Part shown: positions 32,976 through 48,389 of the stretch, piece by piece
How the letters are laid out: each line of letters starts with the position of its first letter
Numbering within the stretch: the first letter of the stretch is position 1
Origin: the human T2T-CHM13v2.0 reference genome, Homo sapiens
Length of the DNA: 64,000 bases
Assembly: GCF_009914755.1 (NCBI RefSeq)
Contig: NC_060930.1
Strand: one strand, 5' to 3'
The notes under the pieces: generated by a model
Told to the model about the DNA's origin: nothing
The model's database searches: none
Seen by the model: the letters and a program-made list of their open reading frames with translations, nothing else
Made by a program: the position numbers and the translations under genes

Positions 32976-34109
32976 GGCTCCTTTTCTGTAATTCCCTACT
33001 CACAGAGATTTTTCCTCTCTCTAGGATATTGTCCAGTTGCTTTGTGGCTGACCTGAACTCTGACCTCTGTGCCAACATAGTAAACCTGCCACACTCTGAT
33101 TCATTTCCAAAGAGAGGGTTTGCAGATGTAGCAAGTTATCATCCTCAATCATAAAGCCTTAATAAAGAAACACTGACACCCCATGTTATTTTGTGCTTCC
33201 AGTCACTTTATTAACTAGAACATTGACCTATGCTAAAATAAAATAACACCTAGAATCACTGAGTGATAAAACCAAAAAGAATCACATATATTTTCCATTT
33301 CAACACCTTAATTTCAAATATAAGAAAAATAAACCACATCCAAAGGTTAAATGATGGATCCAAAATCCCGAGTACATTATTAAACAAACAGATCTCTACT
33401 TCCAAAGCTTTAGATGAATCCTCTTTCATTGTGCTACATCTTACTATTTTCTTCTTTCTTCCCCATCCTAATAAAGCTTTTTAAATTGCTCATGAATTGT
33501 TTTAGTTATTACCACAAAGTGGTAATTCTACATTCTTATTGCTCAATGTGGTTATTTTTGAAAAACTTATCTCCATAACTACGATGGTTGCTTCAGCAAA
33601 TTTTGATAATGTTATCCTCACTGCTCTCCCTACCCTTGAAGTGACAGTAACAAGGATTTCTCCTCCAGCTGAATCCAAGAGAATGTTTGCCTCATTAGCT
33701 CAGGAAACACTATCACAAGCTAATTAATTCAATAGTAAAGGCAAGAATAGATAGCATATGGCTTCACTCTGCAAATGTGGTCTCAATCCATTAAAAAAAC
33801 AAAAGAAACACAGCAACACATTTATCTGTGTGTTTGCCACTGTGGAATTAATGTCCAACAAACAAAATCTATACACGATAAATACCACACAGGAGTAGCT
33901 TTCACCTCTTTCTGAAATAGACAGCTTAGCTAACATATTCATTCTCCTCCTCATGAAAACTTAGCTATTGTTAGAATGGGAACCATAAATCTTCTTATAA
34001 AGCTAAAGGAAAGTTTCTATTTCTTCTAAACTTAAAGAATAATCATTTTCCCCCTGATATCCACAGTGAATTCATCTCATGAAGAAATTTTAAACAGAAG
34101 TTATAGTAA

Positions 34110-34430
34110 AAACTGCTATGTGTAGATAAAACCCAATTCCATTTTCTCCTGGCCAAACAACAAGGCAAAATTCACCAGACTGTCTTACAGTTGGGTGTCA
34201 CTGTGCTCTAGTGGGTGGAATGTGACCAATCCAGGCCTGGCCCATAAGTACCTCCCTGCCACTCATGACCCTGCATTCTTTCGTCCCCAGCTGTCAGTTG
34301 CACGCTGAGAGAGAAAAGGCCCTGCAAAGTAATGGATCCCTGTGCTGGAAGATGTCGACAACTCAAGGTAATTTGTGGAGAAGAGTTCCCCAGCCTCTGC
34401 CATTGCCAACCCCCAATGGACTATGCTATT
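34110..34430 (+). mobile_element. Old MaLR LTR fragment (MLT1I/J-like)
   Basis: ggaatgtgaccaatccaggcctggcccataa...tggagaagagttcccc. Confidence 0.6.
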
Positions 34431-34439
34431 TTAAATGTT

Positions 34440-35330
<891 letters not shown>

Positions 35331-35508
35331 TTATTTATATTTTATTTTTAATTGACAAATTAATAAGTGTATATATTTATGGGTGCAATATGTTTTGATA
35401 AATGTTTACATTGTGGAATGAATAAATCAAGCTAATTAATAAATATATCACGTCACATATAATTTTTTATGGTGAAAACATTAAAATTTACTCTTTTAGC
35501 AATTTTTA

Positions 35509-36301
<793 letters not shown>

Positions 36302-38010
36302 TTTTAAATATGCAATACATTATTATTTATTATAGTCAACATTCTGTATAACATACCACTAAAACTTATTCTAACTGAAATTTTGTACATTTTGATCAAC
36401 ATCTCTTTTCCCCACCCATTCCCCTCCCCTAGCCTCTGGTAACCACCATTCTACTCTTCTACAAGTTTGACTTTGATACCACGTGTAACTGAGATCCCAC
36501 AGTGACTGTTTTTCTGTGCCTGCCATATTCCTTTTAGCGTAATGTCCTCCAAGTTTATCCATGTTGTTGCAAATAACAAAATTTCCTTCTTTTTAAAGGC
36601 TAAATAGTATTCCATTGCGTATGTATACCACATTTTCTTTATCCATTCATCCAGTGAGGAACACTTCCATATCTTAGCTATTGTGAATAATGCTGCAATG
36701 AACATGAGAGTGCAGATATCTCTTTGGCATACCATATGATCCATCAATCCTACTTCTGATTATATATCCAAAGGAACCGATTTCAACTGATTCCAATTCC
36801 TTCGCATATATATCCAGAAGTAGGATTGCTGGATCATATGGTAATTCTATTTTTAGTTTTCTGAGGACCCATTATACTGTTTTCCATAACAGCTGTATTA
36901 ATTGACATTTCTATCAACAGTGCACAAAGGTTCCCCTTCATCTACACCCTCACCAATACTTGTTCTCTTTCATCTTTTCGATAGAAGCCATCCTAACAGG
37001 TGTGAGGTAGTTTATCCTTGTGATTTTAATTTGCATGTCCCTGATGATTAGTAATGATGAACGTTTTTCATGTATCTATTTGTATGTCTTCTTTTGAATT
37101 TGTATGTCTTCATTTGTATGTCTTCTTTTGAAGACATATCTTTTGTATGTTTTCTTTTGAAAAGTATCTATTTAGGTTCTTTGTCCATTTTAATTGAGTC
37201 CTATGTTTTCTTGAAATGTTTGAGTTCCTTCTATATTTTGGATATTAATCCTTTATTAGGTGTATGACTGTAAATATTTTCTTCCTTTCCATGGGTTGTC
37301 TCTTCACTCTATTGATTTTCCTTTGCTGTGCAGAAGCTTTTTAGTTCAATCCAATCCCATTTGTTAATTTTTGCTTTCGTTGCCTGTTCTTTTGAAGTCA
37401 TATCCAGCAAATCTTTGCCCATATCACTATTGTGGAGAATTTTTTAGTAGTTTTATCATTTCAGGTCTTATGTGTAAGTTTTTACTCCATTTCAAGTTGG
37501 TTTTTGTATATGGCATGAGACAAAGGTCCAATTTAATTCTTCCACATGTGGATAACCAGTTTTCTCAACTGTATTTATTAAAAAGATTGTCTTTTTCTCA
37601 TTCTGTGTTCTTGGCACCGTCATTGAAAGTCAGTTCACCATAAATGCATGAGTTTATTTCTGGGTTCTCTGTCCTATTCCACTGGTCAATTTGTCTGTTT
37701 TGATTACTATAGCTTTATATTCAATTTTAAAGTCAGGTAATGTGATGTCTTAGCTTTGTTCTTTTTGCTCAACATTGTTTTGGCTATTCAGTGTATTTTG
37801 TGGCTCCATACAAATTTTAGGATTTTTTTTATATTTCTGTGAAAAATAATATTGGAGTTTTGATAGCATGTATTCATGCTGTTTTGATTATCATAGCTTT
37901 CTGTAAGATTTTGAAGTCAGGTAGTGTGATGCCTCCAGCTTTGTTCTTTTTGCTCAACATTGCTTTGGCTATTCAGTGTGTTTTATGGTTCCATACAAAG
38001 TTTAGGATTA

Positions 38011-41000
38011 CATTTTCTTTATTCACTCATTGCTCATTGGTTGATGGGCATTTAGGCTGGTTCCATATTTTTGCAATTGCAAATTGTGTTGCTGTAAACA
38101 TGTGTGTGCAAGTGTCTTTTTCATATAATGACTTATTTTCCTTGAGTAGATACCCAGTAGTGGGAATGCTAGATCAAATAATAGTTCTACTTTTTTTTAA
38201 GAAATCTCCATATTGTTTTCCATAGCGGTTGTACTAGTTTACATTCCCAGCAGCAGTGTAAAAGTGTTCCCTTTTCACCACATCCATGCCAACATCTATT
38301 TTTTTTTGTTTTTAAATTATGGCCATTCTTGCAGGAGTAAGGTGACATCTCATTGTGGTTTTAATTTGCATTTTCCTGATAATTAGCAACGTTGAGTATT
38401 TTTTCATGTTTGTTGGCCATTTGTATGTCTTCTTTTGAGAGTTGTCTATTCATGTCCCTTGCCCACTTTTTGAAGGGATTATTTGTTTTTCTCTTGCTGA
38501 TTTGTTTGAGCTCCTTGTAAATGCTGGCTATCAGTCCTTTGTCAGATGCACAGTTTGTGAGTATTTTCTCTCACTCTGGGGGTTGTCTGTTTACTCTGCT
38601 GATTATTTCTTTTGCTGAGCAGAGGTTTTTTGGTTTAATTAGGTCCCATCTATTTATTTTGGGTTTTGTGGCATTTGCTTTTGGGTTCTTGGACATCAAC
38701 TCTTTGTCAAAGCGAATGTATAGAAGAGTTTTTTTCATGTTATCTTCTAGAAATTTTATGGGCCCAGGTCTTAGATTTAAGTCTTTAGTCCATCTTGAGT
38801 TGAGTTTTGTATAAGGTGAGAGAAGAAGATCCAGTTTCATTCTTCTACAAGTGGCTTGGCAATTATCCAGCACCATTTATTGGATAGGGCATCCTTTCCC
38901 TTACTTTATGTTTTGGTTTGCTTTGTCAAAGATCAGTTGGCTGTAAGTATTTGGGTTTATTTCTGTGTTCTCTATTCTGGTCCATTGGTCTACGTGTCTA
39001 TTTTTATACCAATACCATGCTGTTTTGATTACTATAGACTTGTGGTATAGTTTGAAGTCAGGTAATGTGATGCCTCCAGATTTGCTCTTTTTGCTTAGTC
39101 TTGCTTTGGCTATGTGGGTTATTTTTTGGTTTCATATAGATTTTAGGATTGTTTTTTCTAGTTCTGTAAAGAATGATAATGGTACTTTGATGGAAATTGC
39201 ATTGAATCTGCAAATTGCTTTTGGCAGTATGGTCATTTCCACAATATTGATTCTACCCATCCATGAGAATGGGATATGTTTTCATTTGTTTGTGTCACTG
39301 ATTATTTCTTTCAGCAGTGATTTGTAGTTTTCCTTGTAGAGATTTTTCACCTCCTTGATTAGGTATATTCTTAAGTATTTTATTTTTTTGCAGCTGTTGT
39401 AAAAGGAATTGAGTTCTTGATTTGATTCTCAGCTTGGTTGTTGTTGGTGTATAGCAGTGCATCCTGAAACTTTACTGAATTCATCAATCAGATCTAGGAG
39501 ATTTTTAGACTAGTCTTTAGGGTTTTCTGGTATACAATCATATTATTGGTGAACAGCCACAGTTTGACACCCTTTTTACCAATTTGGATGCATTTTATTT
39601 CTTGCTCTTGTCTGATTGCTCTGGCTAGTATTTCCAGTACTATGTTGAATAGAAGTGGTGAAGGTTGGCATCCTTTTCTTGTTCCAGTTCTTAGAGATAA
39701 TGCTTTCAACTTTTCTCTGTTCAGTATAATGTTAACTGTGGGTTTGTCATAGATGGTTTTTATGACTTTGAGGTATGTTTCTTCTATGCCAATTTTGCTA
39801 AGGATTTTAATCATACAGGGATGCTGGATTTGGTCAAATGCTTTTCTGCATCCATTGAGATGATCATATGATTTTTGTTTTTAATTCTGTTTATGTGGCA
39901 TATCACATTTATTGACTCACATATGTTAAACCATCCCTGCATCCCTGGGATGAAACCCACTTGATCATGGTGAATTATCTTCTTGACATGTTGTTGGATT
40001 CAAGGTTAGCTAGCATTTTGATGAGGATTTTTGCATCTGTATTCATCAGGGATATTGGTCTGTAGTTTTCTTTTTTTGTTGTGTCCTTTCTTGGTGTGGG
40101 AATTAGGGAAACACTGGTTTCATAGAATGATTTAGGGAGGAGTCCCTCTTTCTCTATCTTTTGGAATAGTAGTAAGATTCATACCACTACTTATTTGAAT
40201 GTCTGATAGATGTGAATCCATCTGGTCCTGGACTTTTTTTGTCGGCAGTTTTTTTATTATTATTATTATTACTGTTTCAATCTCACTATTTGTTATTGGT
40301 CTGTTCAGTTTCTATTTCATCCTGATTTAATCTAGGATAGTTGCATATTTCCAGGAATTTATCCGTCTCCTCTAGATTTCCTAGTTTATGGACATAAAAA
40401 TGTTTGTAGTAGCCTTGAATGATCTTTTGTATTTCCGTAGTATCAGTTGTAATATCTCTCATTTCATTTCTAATTAAGTTTACTTGGATCTTCTCTTTTT
40501 TTTCTTGGTTAATCTTGCTAATGGTCTATCATTTTTGCTTATTTTTTCAAATAAACAGCTTTTTGTTTCATTTATCTTTTGTATTTTTTGTTTGTTTCAA
40601 TTCCATTTATTTATACTCCGATATTTCTTATTTCTTTTCTTCTGCTGCGTTTGGGTTTGGTTTGTTCTTAGTTATCTAGTTCCTTGAGGTGTGAGCTTAG
40701 ATCGTCTATTTGTGCTCTTTCAGACTTTTTGCTGTAGGCATTTAATGCTATGGACTTTCCTCTTAGCACCGCTTTCTCTGTATCCCAAAGGTTTTGATAG
40801 GTTATGTCATTACCATTCTTCAGTTCAAAGAATATCTTAATTTCCTTGTTGACTTCATTGTTAACCCAAAGATCATTCAAGAGAAGATTATTTAATTTCC
40901 ATGTATTTGTATAGTTTTGAGGGTTCCTTTTGGAGTTAATTTTCAGCTTTACTTCACTGGGGCCTGAGAGGATATTTGATATAATTTTGATTTTCTTAAA

Positions 41001-44000
41001 CTTATTGGAACTTGTTTTGTGGCCTATGATATGATCTATCTTGGAGAATGTTCCCTGTGCTGCTGAAAAGAATGTATACTCTGCAGTTGTTGGGTAGAAT
41101 GTTCTGTAAATATCTGTTAAGTCCATTTGCTCTAGGGTACAGTTTAAGTCCATTGTTTCTTTGTTGACTTTCTGTCTCAATGACCTGTCTAGTGCTGTCA
41201 GTAGAGTACTGAAGTTCCCCACTATTATTGTGTTGCTGTCTATCTCATTTCTTAGGTCTAATAGTAATTGTTTTCTAAATCTGGGAGCTACAGCATTAAA
41301 CACATATATATTTAGGATTGTGATATTTTCCTATTGGACTAATCTTTTTATCATTATATAATGTCCCTCTTTGTCTTTTTTTTTTTTTTTTTTTTTTTTA
41401 CTGGTGTTGCTTTTAAGTCTGATTTGTCTGCTATAAAAATGGCTACTCCTGCTCACTTTTGGTGTCTATTTGTATGGAATATCTTTTTCCATTCCTTTAT
41501 CTTAAGTTTATATGAGTCATTAGGTGAGTCTCTTGAAACCAGTAGATACATGGTTGGTGGATTTTTATGCATTTTGACATTCTGTATCTTTTAAGTGAAG
41601 CATTTAGGCCATTTACATTCAACATTAGTATTGGGATGTGAGGTACTGTTCTGTTCATCATGCTAGTTGTTACCCTAATATCCTGGTTTTTTTCATTGTG
41701 TTATTGTTTTTTAGGCCCTGTGAAATTCATGCTTTAAGGAGGTTCTATTCTGATGTATTTCAAGTTCTTGTTTCAAGATTTAGAACTCCTTTCAGCATTT
41801 CTTGTAGTGCTGGCTTGGTAGTGGCAAATTCTCTCAGCATTTGTTTGTCTGAAAAAGACTTTATCTCTCCTTGATTTATGAAGCTCAGTTTTGCTGGATA
41901 CAAAATTCCTGGCTGATAATTACTTTGTTTCAGGAGGCTAAAAATAGGACCCCAATCCCTTCTAGCTTGTAGGGTTTCTGCTTAGAAATCTGCTGTTAAT
42001 CTGACAGGTTTTCCTTTATAGTTACCCAATGCTTTTGCCTTATAGCTTGTAAGATTCTTTCCTTTCTCTTGACTTTAGATAACCTGATCACTGTGTGTCT
42101 AGGTGATGATCTTTTTGCAATGAAATTCCCAGGTGTTCTTTGAGCTTCTTGTATTTGGAAGTCTAGATCTCTACCAGGGTTGGGGAAGTTTTCCTCAATT
42201 ATTCCCTCAAGTATGTTTTCCAAACTTTTAGCCTTTTCTTTCTTGGGAACACAAATTATTCTTAGATTTGGACATTTAATATAGTCCCAAACTTCTTGGA
42301 GGCTTTATTCATTTTTTTTAAATTCTTTTTTCTTTGTCTTTGTCAGATTGGGTTATTTTGAAAGCCTTGTTTTCGTTCTCTGAAGTTCTTTTTTCTACTT
42401 GTTCTATTGTTGAAACTTTCCCATGCATTTTGTATTTCTCTAAGTGTGTCTTTCATTTCCAGAAGCTGTAATTGTTTTTTATTTATGATATCTATTTCTC
42501 TGGAGAATTATTCATCCATATCCTGTATTTTTTAATTTCTTTAAGCTGGTTTTCACTTTTCTCAGATGTTGCCTTGAGTAGTTTAATAATCAACATTCTA
42601 AACTCTTTATCTGGCAATTCAGAGATTTATTCTTCGTTTGGATTCATCATTGGGGAGCTATTATGATCTTCTGGGGGTGTTATAGAACCGTGTTTTGTCA
42701 TATTACCAAAATTACTTTCCTGGTTCCTTCTCATTTGGGTAGATTATTTCAATGGAAAGGTCTGGAACTCAAGGCCTGCTGTTCAGATTCTTTTGTCCCA
42801 CAGGGTGATCCCTTGATGTGGTGCTCTCCCACTTCCCCTAAAGATGGGGCTTCCTGAGAGCTGGACTGCAGTGATTGTTACGAACAATTGTGAAGCTAGC
42901 AGGCCTCAGGTTGGTACTGAGGAATGTCTGCAGAGTCCTGTGATGTGATTTGTCTTCAGGTCTCCCAGCTGTGGATACCAGCACCTGCTCTGGTGGTGGT
43001 GGCAGGGGAGTGAAGTAGACTCTGTGAGAGTCCTTGTTGTAGATAGGTTTAGCTTGCTGGCTTTCTTGAATGCTGATTATGCTAGCAGTGAAGTTATCAC
43101 ATGGACAGACTCAGGACCTCTGGTTAGCTAGGATGTTGCAGGCAGTGGAATTAGCTTCTTCCCGGAAGCAGGGTTATTCTGGAAGCAGGGTTATTCTGTC
43201 ATGAGTTGCTGTAATAGCCTGAGTTAGTTGGTCTCCAGCCAGGAGGTGGTGCTTTCAAGAGAGCACCAGCTACAGTAGCAGTAGTGGGATTTGAATTTGT
43301 CCTAAATTGGCCAGGGGAAGTATTCTGATTTCTCAGGTGGCAGGCAGAGCCATAAAGCTCCAAAGGGTTTCTATCTTTTGCAGGAAGAGAAATACCATCA
43401 GATTAGGGCAGGGTTCGGTGGGTCTGGGCTCAGACTCTCCTTGGTCAGGGCTTGCTGCAGCCACTGTGGGGGCTGGGAGTTTGGTTCTCAGGCCGATGAG
43501 TTATATTCCAGAGGGGATTATGGCTGCCTCTGCTGTGTCATATAGTTCACCAGGAAAATGGGGGGATAGTTGATAGTGAAAGGCTTCATCTAGCTCCCAC
43601 ATACTTGGTGAGGCCATTCTTGGTGAGGCCATTCTTGCTCCCACAATGCCCTGCTCAGACCTTGCCCCAGGCTGTAAGCTGCCCTGCTGAGAAAGCAAGC
43701 ATGGCCTTCAGGCCTCACTCCTCCCTATCTGCCCACACTGTTGGCAGTGGTTCCTGTGCTTATATCTGCAGCAGTTACCATTCACCCCCTAGATTCTATT
43801 CAAGCAAATTTGTACCCAGTCAAAATTCTTACAAATTTCAGGTGGGAGCTTCTTTCACCCTGTGACCCCTCTCTAATTCCACTGGCTGCCTTCCCTGAGG
43901 GTGAGATATCATCAGGGATGGCTTCCCTGGGCTTGAGCTGGAGACTGGGAGTGCCTACAAGGCTCTACCCACTGCTGCTTCTACTTTTATATTTTGCACA

Positions 44001-44318
44001 GCTCCCTAATCCATTTCAGCTCTAGGTTAGGTTAAACCCTTCTTCTGTGATCTGTATTTTCATATTCCCCAGTGGGGATGTGTATTTGGAGGCAGCTTTT
44101 TCCCCTTCACACTTTGAGAACTCACAATTTTTTCCTGTCTCACAGAGTTTGCAGTGGTATGCCACTTCTTTCAAAGGATCTGTGAATTCTTTCAGTTTTC
44201 CTGGTACATTCCTCCAGTGCTTCTTGGACGAAAAGTTCATGGTGTGAATCTCCACACACTGTTCTGTCCATCCAACTGGGAGCTGCACATTAGCCCTATC
44301 TCCTATCCGCCATCTTCC
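38011..44318 (-). mobile_element. Near-full-length L1PB-type element (5'UTR, ORF1, ORF2) lacking its 3' end; inactivated
   Basis: ORF remnants: ORF1 41996-42223 (IIEENFPN..IQEAQRTPG), endonuclease region 40668-41303 ([24 protein letters not shown]), RT 39494-39814 ([18 protein letters not shown]); minus-strand 5' end ggaagatggcggataggag. Confidence 0.93.
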
Positions 44319-44389
44319 TTAGACTCCCACCTCACATACTTATTTCTGGAGGGTGGAAAACATTCAAAATCTACTCTTTTCACAATTTA

Positions 44390-45050
44390 AAGTTATTTTT
44401 TGTTTCATAAATGAGTTGAAGAGTGTTCTCCGTTTCCTTTTCTGAAAGATTTTCTGTTAATGTTTGATAGAATTCATATTTAAAGCCATAAGGACCTAGA
44501 GTTTTTCTTATAGGAATTTTTTAAATTACAGAGTCAATATCTTTAATAGATAGAAGACTATTCAAATTTTCTATTTCTTCTTGTATCCATTTCATAAACT
44601 TAAATCTCCCTAGGTATTTGTCCATCTCATCTAAATTGGCACAAATAATGTGTTTCTCATTATATTCTTGCATTATCATTTCTGCAAGAGTCATAGTAAT
44701 GTCTCCTTGCTATTTGTATTATATTTTCAGCCTTCTCTCTTCTTTTTTCAGTCAGTCTCACCAGAAGTTTTTCAATTTTGTTAATGTCATCAAAAAACCG
44801 ATGTTTGTTTTTGGTAATTGTTATCGTTTGTTCCTTTACATTCTAATGTTACCAATTTTATTTCTTTCCCTCAACTTTTATTGGATTTTTCTATATTTTC
44901 TAACTTTTTGAAAAAATGCTTAGCTCACCAATTCTTAGCCCTTTATCTTTTCTCATATAAGTTTATACTAAAAGTATCTACCTAAAAATTGCCTTAATTT
45001 TATCTCACAGGTTTGATATATATTTTCTTAAATGTAAATATGACAATACA
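44390..45050 (-). mobile_element. Old L1M ORF2 fragment
   Basis: atgtttgatagaattcatatttaaagccataaggacctagag...gtatttgtccatctcatctaaatt. Confidence 0.7.
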
Positions 45051-47206
45051 AATATTTGCAACATCTCTGTGTCTGCTTCTTCAGTTTTTTGTTTCTGCAA
45101 AGGACTTAGAAATAAGACAACTTAATTAAGTTGTCTTATTTCCTTGTGGATCTATTTATTTTTTATCGAGTGCTGGCCATTATGATTTAAAATTTACCTG
45201 TAGAAACAACTTTGGCTTGGGGTAATTAGGATGATATAAAATTTTTCCCAAAGAAGCTTTACATCTCTTACCAGATTCCCTTATTCAAATTAGAGCCTAT
45301 GTTTTTTCTTACGTCATATATACAACCCTTAGTTTGCAAAACTCAAAGAGCAGAAGGTGCAAAGGCTGTTTACCTCTGTGTGTGTTTGTTTAATCCTAGG
45401 AACAGCCCATCAGGCTTCCAGTCTATAGGAACTTTATTAAGGTGACATTTGTGAGCCCTAATCTACAACTTAGGTTGTAGTAGCACCATGAAACTGTGAA
45501 AGCCTTTCTCAGCCTTTCAGCTGAGTCTTCTAATTTAATAAATATCCCCAAAATTAAAAAAAAAAAAAGCCTCAAATGTTAGGATCCCTTCTCTAAATTT
45601 CTGTCTTCTGCAAGACATTGCCTTGATATCTCTCTGCCTCTGTTCATCCTTTTCAGCAGACATTGTTTTACATCTTACCCAGCTTTTCTAATTGTTGCCA
45701 ATAAAAGCATTATTCTTATTTACCTGGCCTACTCCAGCTAACATTATTTACCTTCACTGATCAAAAAAACCGTACATTTAAAATTAAGGAGTTACTCACA
45801 TGTATACAAATTTAAGACTTCTCAAATAAGTTCTATTTTTTCCCCCAACTAAACAGTATACTAAGTTGAAGAATACAGTCATTTGAAGAGATCTTCAAAA
45901 TCAATGTAAAGAAATCAAATAGCAAATGGCAGTAGATTAGGTTTTGGGGGTATCTCTTGTTTCTCAGGCTAGATGATAAAAATAGTCTAAGTAAGAAAAT
46001 AAAGCCTGGTGGTTCTGCATCCCAATGTTCCATTTATCCTTTTGGTAAGAACATTTTACATGCTTGTTGCTTTTAGCATTTAAGCTGTATTATGGATAAC
46101 TTAGGATCTTGAATGTCTTATTCTCTTTGTATAGTTAAAATACATGTTCTTCTATGGGCAGCCAGTAAGTTCATCTGACCCTTTGCAGGAGTAGAGACAA
46201 AGGGTTACTGAGCTGGTGGCTGTAGTTTACGTTTATAATAGCTGTCAGCTCTCCACGTGTCACCCTCAGTCATCCTAAAGATGACTGCAAAAGATCTCAG
46301 TGCAAAAATATTATGCTTTCTATGTAAATGTAACTTTAAAACAAGTCCCCTAGCCCTCAATTTTACCACATTATTATTCCGAAATCTCTTAATGATAAAA
46401 TTCCAGAGCCATAGCTATATCAATTCTATGTGGGAACATTTCTGTTGTCCATTTATACTAAATGCATTCAGAACAGATATCTCCTGTCATTAAATTTATG
46501 TCTGACTGAAGTGGAACTTTTCATGAGAAAAACAAAATTTCTGCAAATCTTGTGAAACACCTAAACCTGGTCTGGATATAGTAAAGGGAATAGCGTAAGA
46601 AATGTGTTGACTACAGTACTCCAAGATCCTATCATCTACTCCTGGCCCCAATGTCAAGGGATATTTTCACGTAACTTTCTTTTTTAAATTGCATCATAAA
46701 AATAAACATATAAGTCATCTACAACCCTGTAGATAAAAATTTACAGACAAGGTCATCTTTGTCCAACTAGTTTGTGTCCAAGGAGAAATAAAGGAAAAAG
46801 AGTTTGTAGCAATAGCTGATATTAGCACTGTGCTAAACATCTCATATATGCTATCTCTACCCTGGAAACAACCTCTCAAAGTAACCATCATCATCCTCAG
46901 ATATGGAAGCTGGGGTTCAAAAGTTCAAAGCAATGTCAAGGTAAAATTCACACCAGGTCTCTGATGGAACTACCTTCTCTAAAGTCTGTGAGGTCAGAAA
47001 AGTGCTCCTTTCAGAACACAGCTCCTATTCTTTCTAAATTCTTGATTTCATTCATTTAAAAAAAATAGTTTTTGGTCCTTTACTATGTATCCAATATATT
47101 TTATTTTATTTTTGGGTTGAAGTTTTCTGTTTTATTATATTTTATTATAAAACATTTCAAATACACAAATAAACAGCATACTATGACAAATACCCATATA
47201 CTCCTT

Positions 47207-48069
47207 TTTTTTTTTTTTATACTTTAAGTTTTAGGGTACATGTGCACATTGTGCAGGTTAGTTACATATGTATACATGTGCCATGCTGGTGTGCTGCACC
47301 CACTAACTAGTCATCTAGCATTAGGTATATCTCCCAATGCTATCCCTCCCCCCTCCCCCCACCCCACAACAGTCCCCAGAGTGTGATATTCCCCTTCCTG
47401 TGTCCATGTGATCTCATTGTTCAATTCCCACCTATGAGTGAGAATATGCGGTGTTTGGTTTTTTGTTCTTGCGATAGTTTACTGAGAATGATGATTTCCA
47501 ATTTCATCCATGTCCCTACAAAGGACATGAACTCATCATTTTTTATGGCTGCATAGTATTCCATGGTGTATATGTGCCACATTTTCTTAATCCAGTCTAT
47601 CATTGTTGGACATTTGGGTTGGTTCCAAGTCTTTGCTATTGTGAATAATGCCGCAATAAACATATGTGTGCATGTGTCTTTATAGCAGCATGATTTATAG
47701 TCCTTTGGGTATATACCCAGTAATGGGATGGCTGGGTCAAATGATATTTCAAGTTCTAGATCCCTGAGGAATCGCCACACTGACTTCCACAATGGTTGAA
47801 CTAGTTTACAGTCCCACCAACAGTGTAAAAGTGTTTCTATTTCTCCACATCCTCCCCAGCACCTGTTGTTTCCTGACTTTTTAATGATCGCCATTCTAAC
47901 TGGTGTGAGATGGTATCTCATTGTGGTTTTGATTTGCATTTCTCTGATGGCCAGTGATGATGAGCATTTTTTCATGTGTTTTTTGGCTGCATAAATGTCT
48001 TCTTTTGAGAAGTGTCTGTTCATGTCCTTTGCCCACTTTTTGATGGGGTTGTTTGTTTTTTTCTTGTAA
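47207..48069 (-). mobile_element. Young 5'-truncated L1 (L1PA2-like, non-Ta)
   Basis: Open ORF2 C-terminal 200 aa (47421-48023, ...RIFSLIGGN); 3'UTR and poly-T; perfect 24-bp TSD at 47183-47206 and 48070-48093; TAG rather than ACA at the Ta-diagnostic position. Confidence 0.95.
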
Positions 48070-48389
48070 ATGACAAATACCCATATACTCCTTATCGATG
48101 CTGACCAATTGTCATATTTACCTTATTTTCTTCTTAAAGCATTTGAAAGTGAATTCCATGTTTATTCACCCTTACATTCTTTAGTATACATCTAGAATAT
48201 AAGGATTTTTTTCTTAACTAAGTACAATACTTTTGTCATTAACACATCTGAAAAATTAATAATAATTCTCTGATACTTTCTAATATCCAGTATACATTTA
48301 GGTGCCCTCAGCTGCCCCCAAAGAGTGTCTTCCAGCTAAGTTGCTCAAACCAGAATCTAATCAATGACCTGCATGAGAGTCTAGCATAT

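Noticed and set aside
38571-42223. Endonuclease/RT/ORF1 ORFs as an active retroelement or novel RT system
   Set aside because: Fragmented by stops and frameshifts; ordinary decayed L1PB
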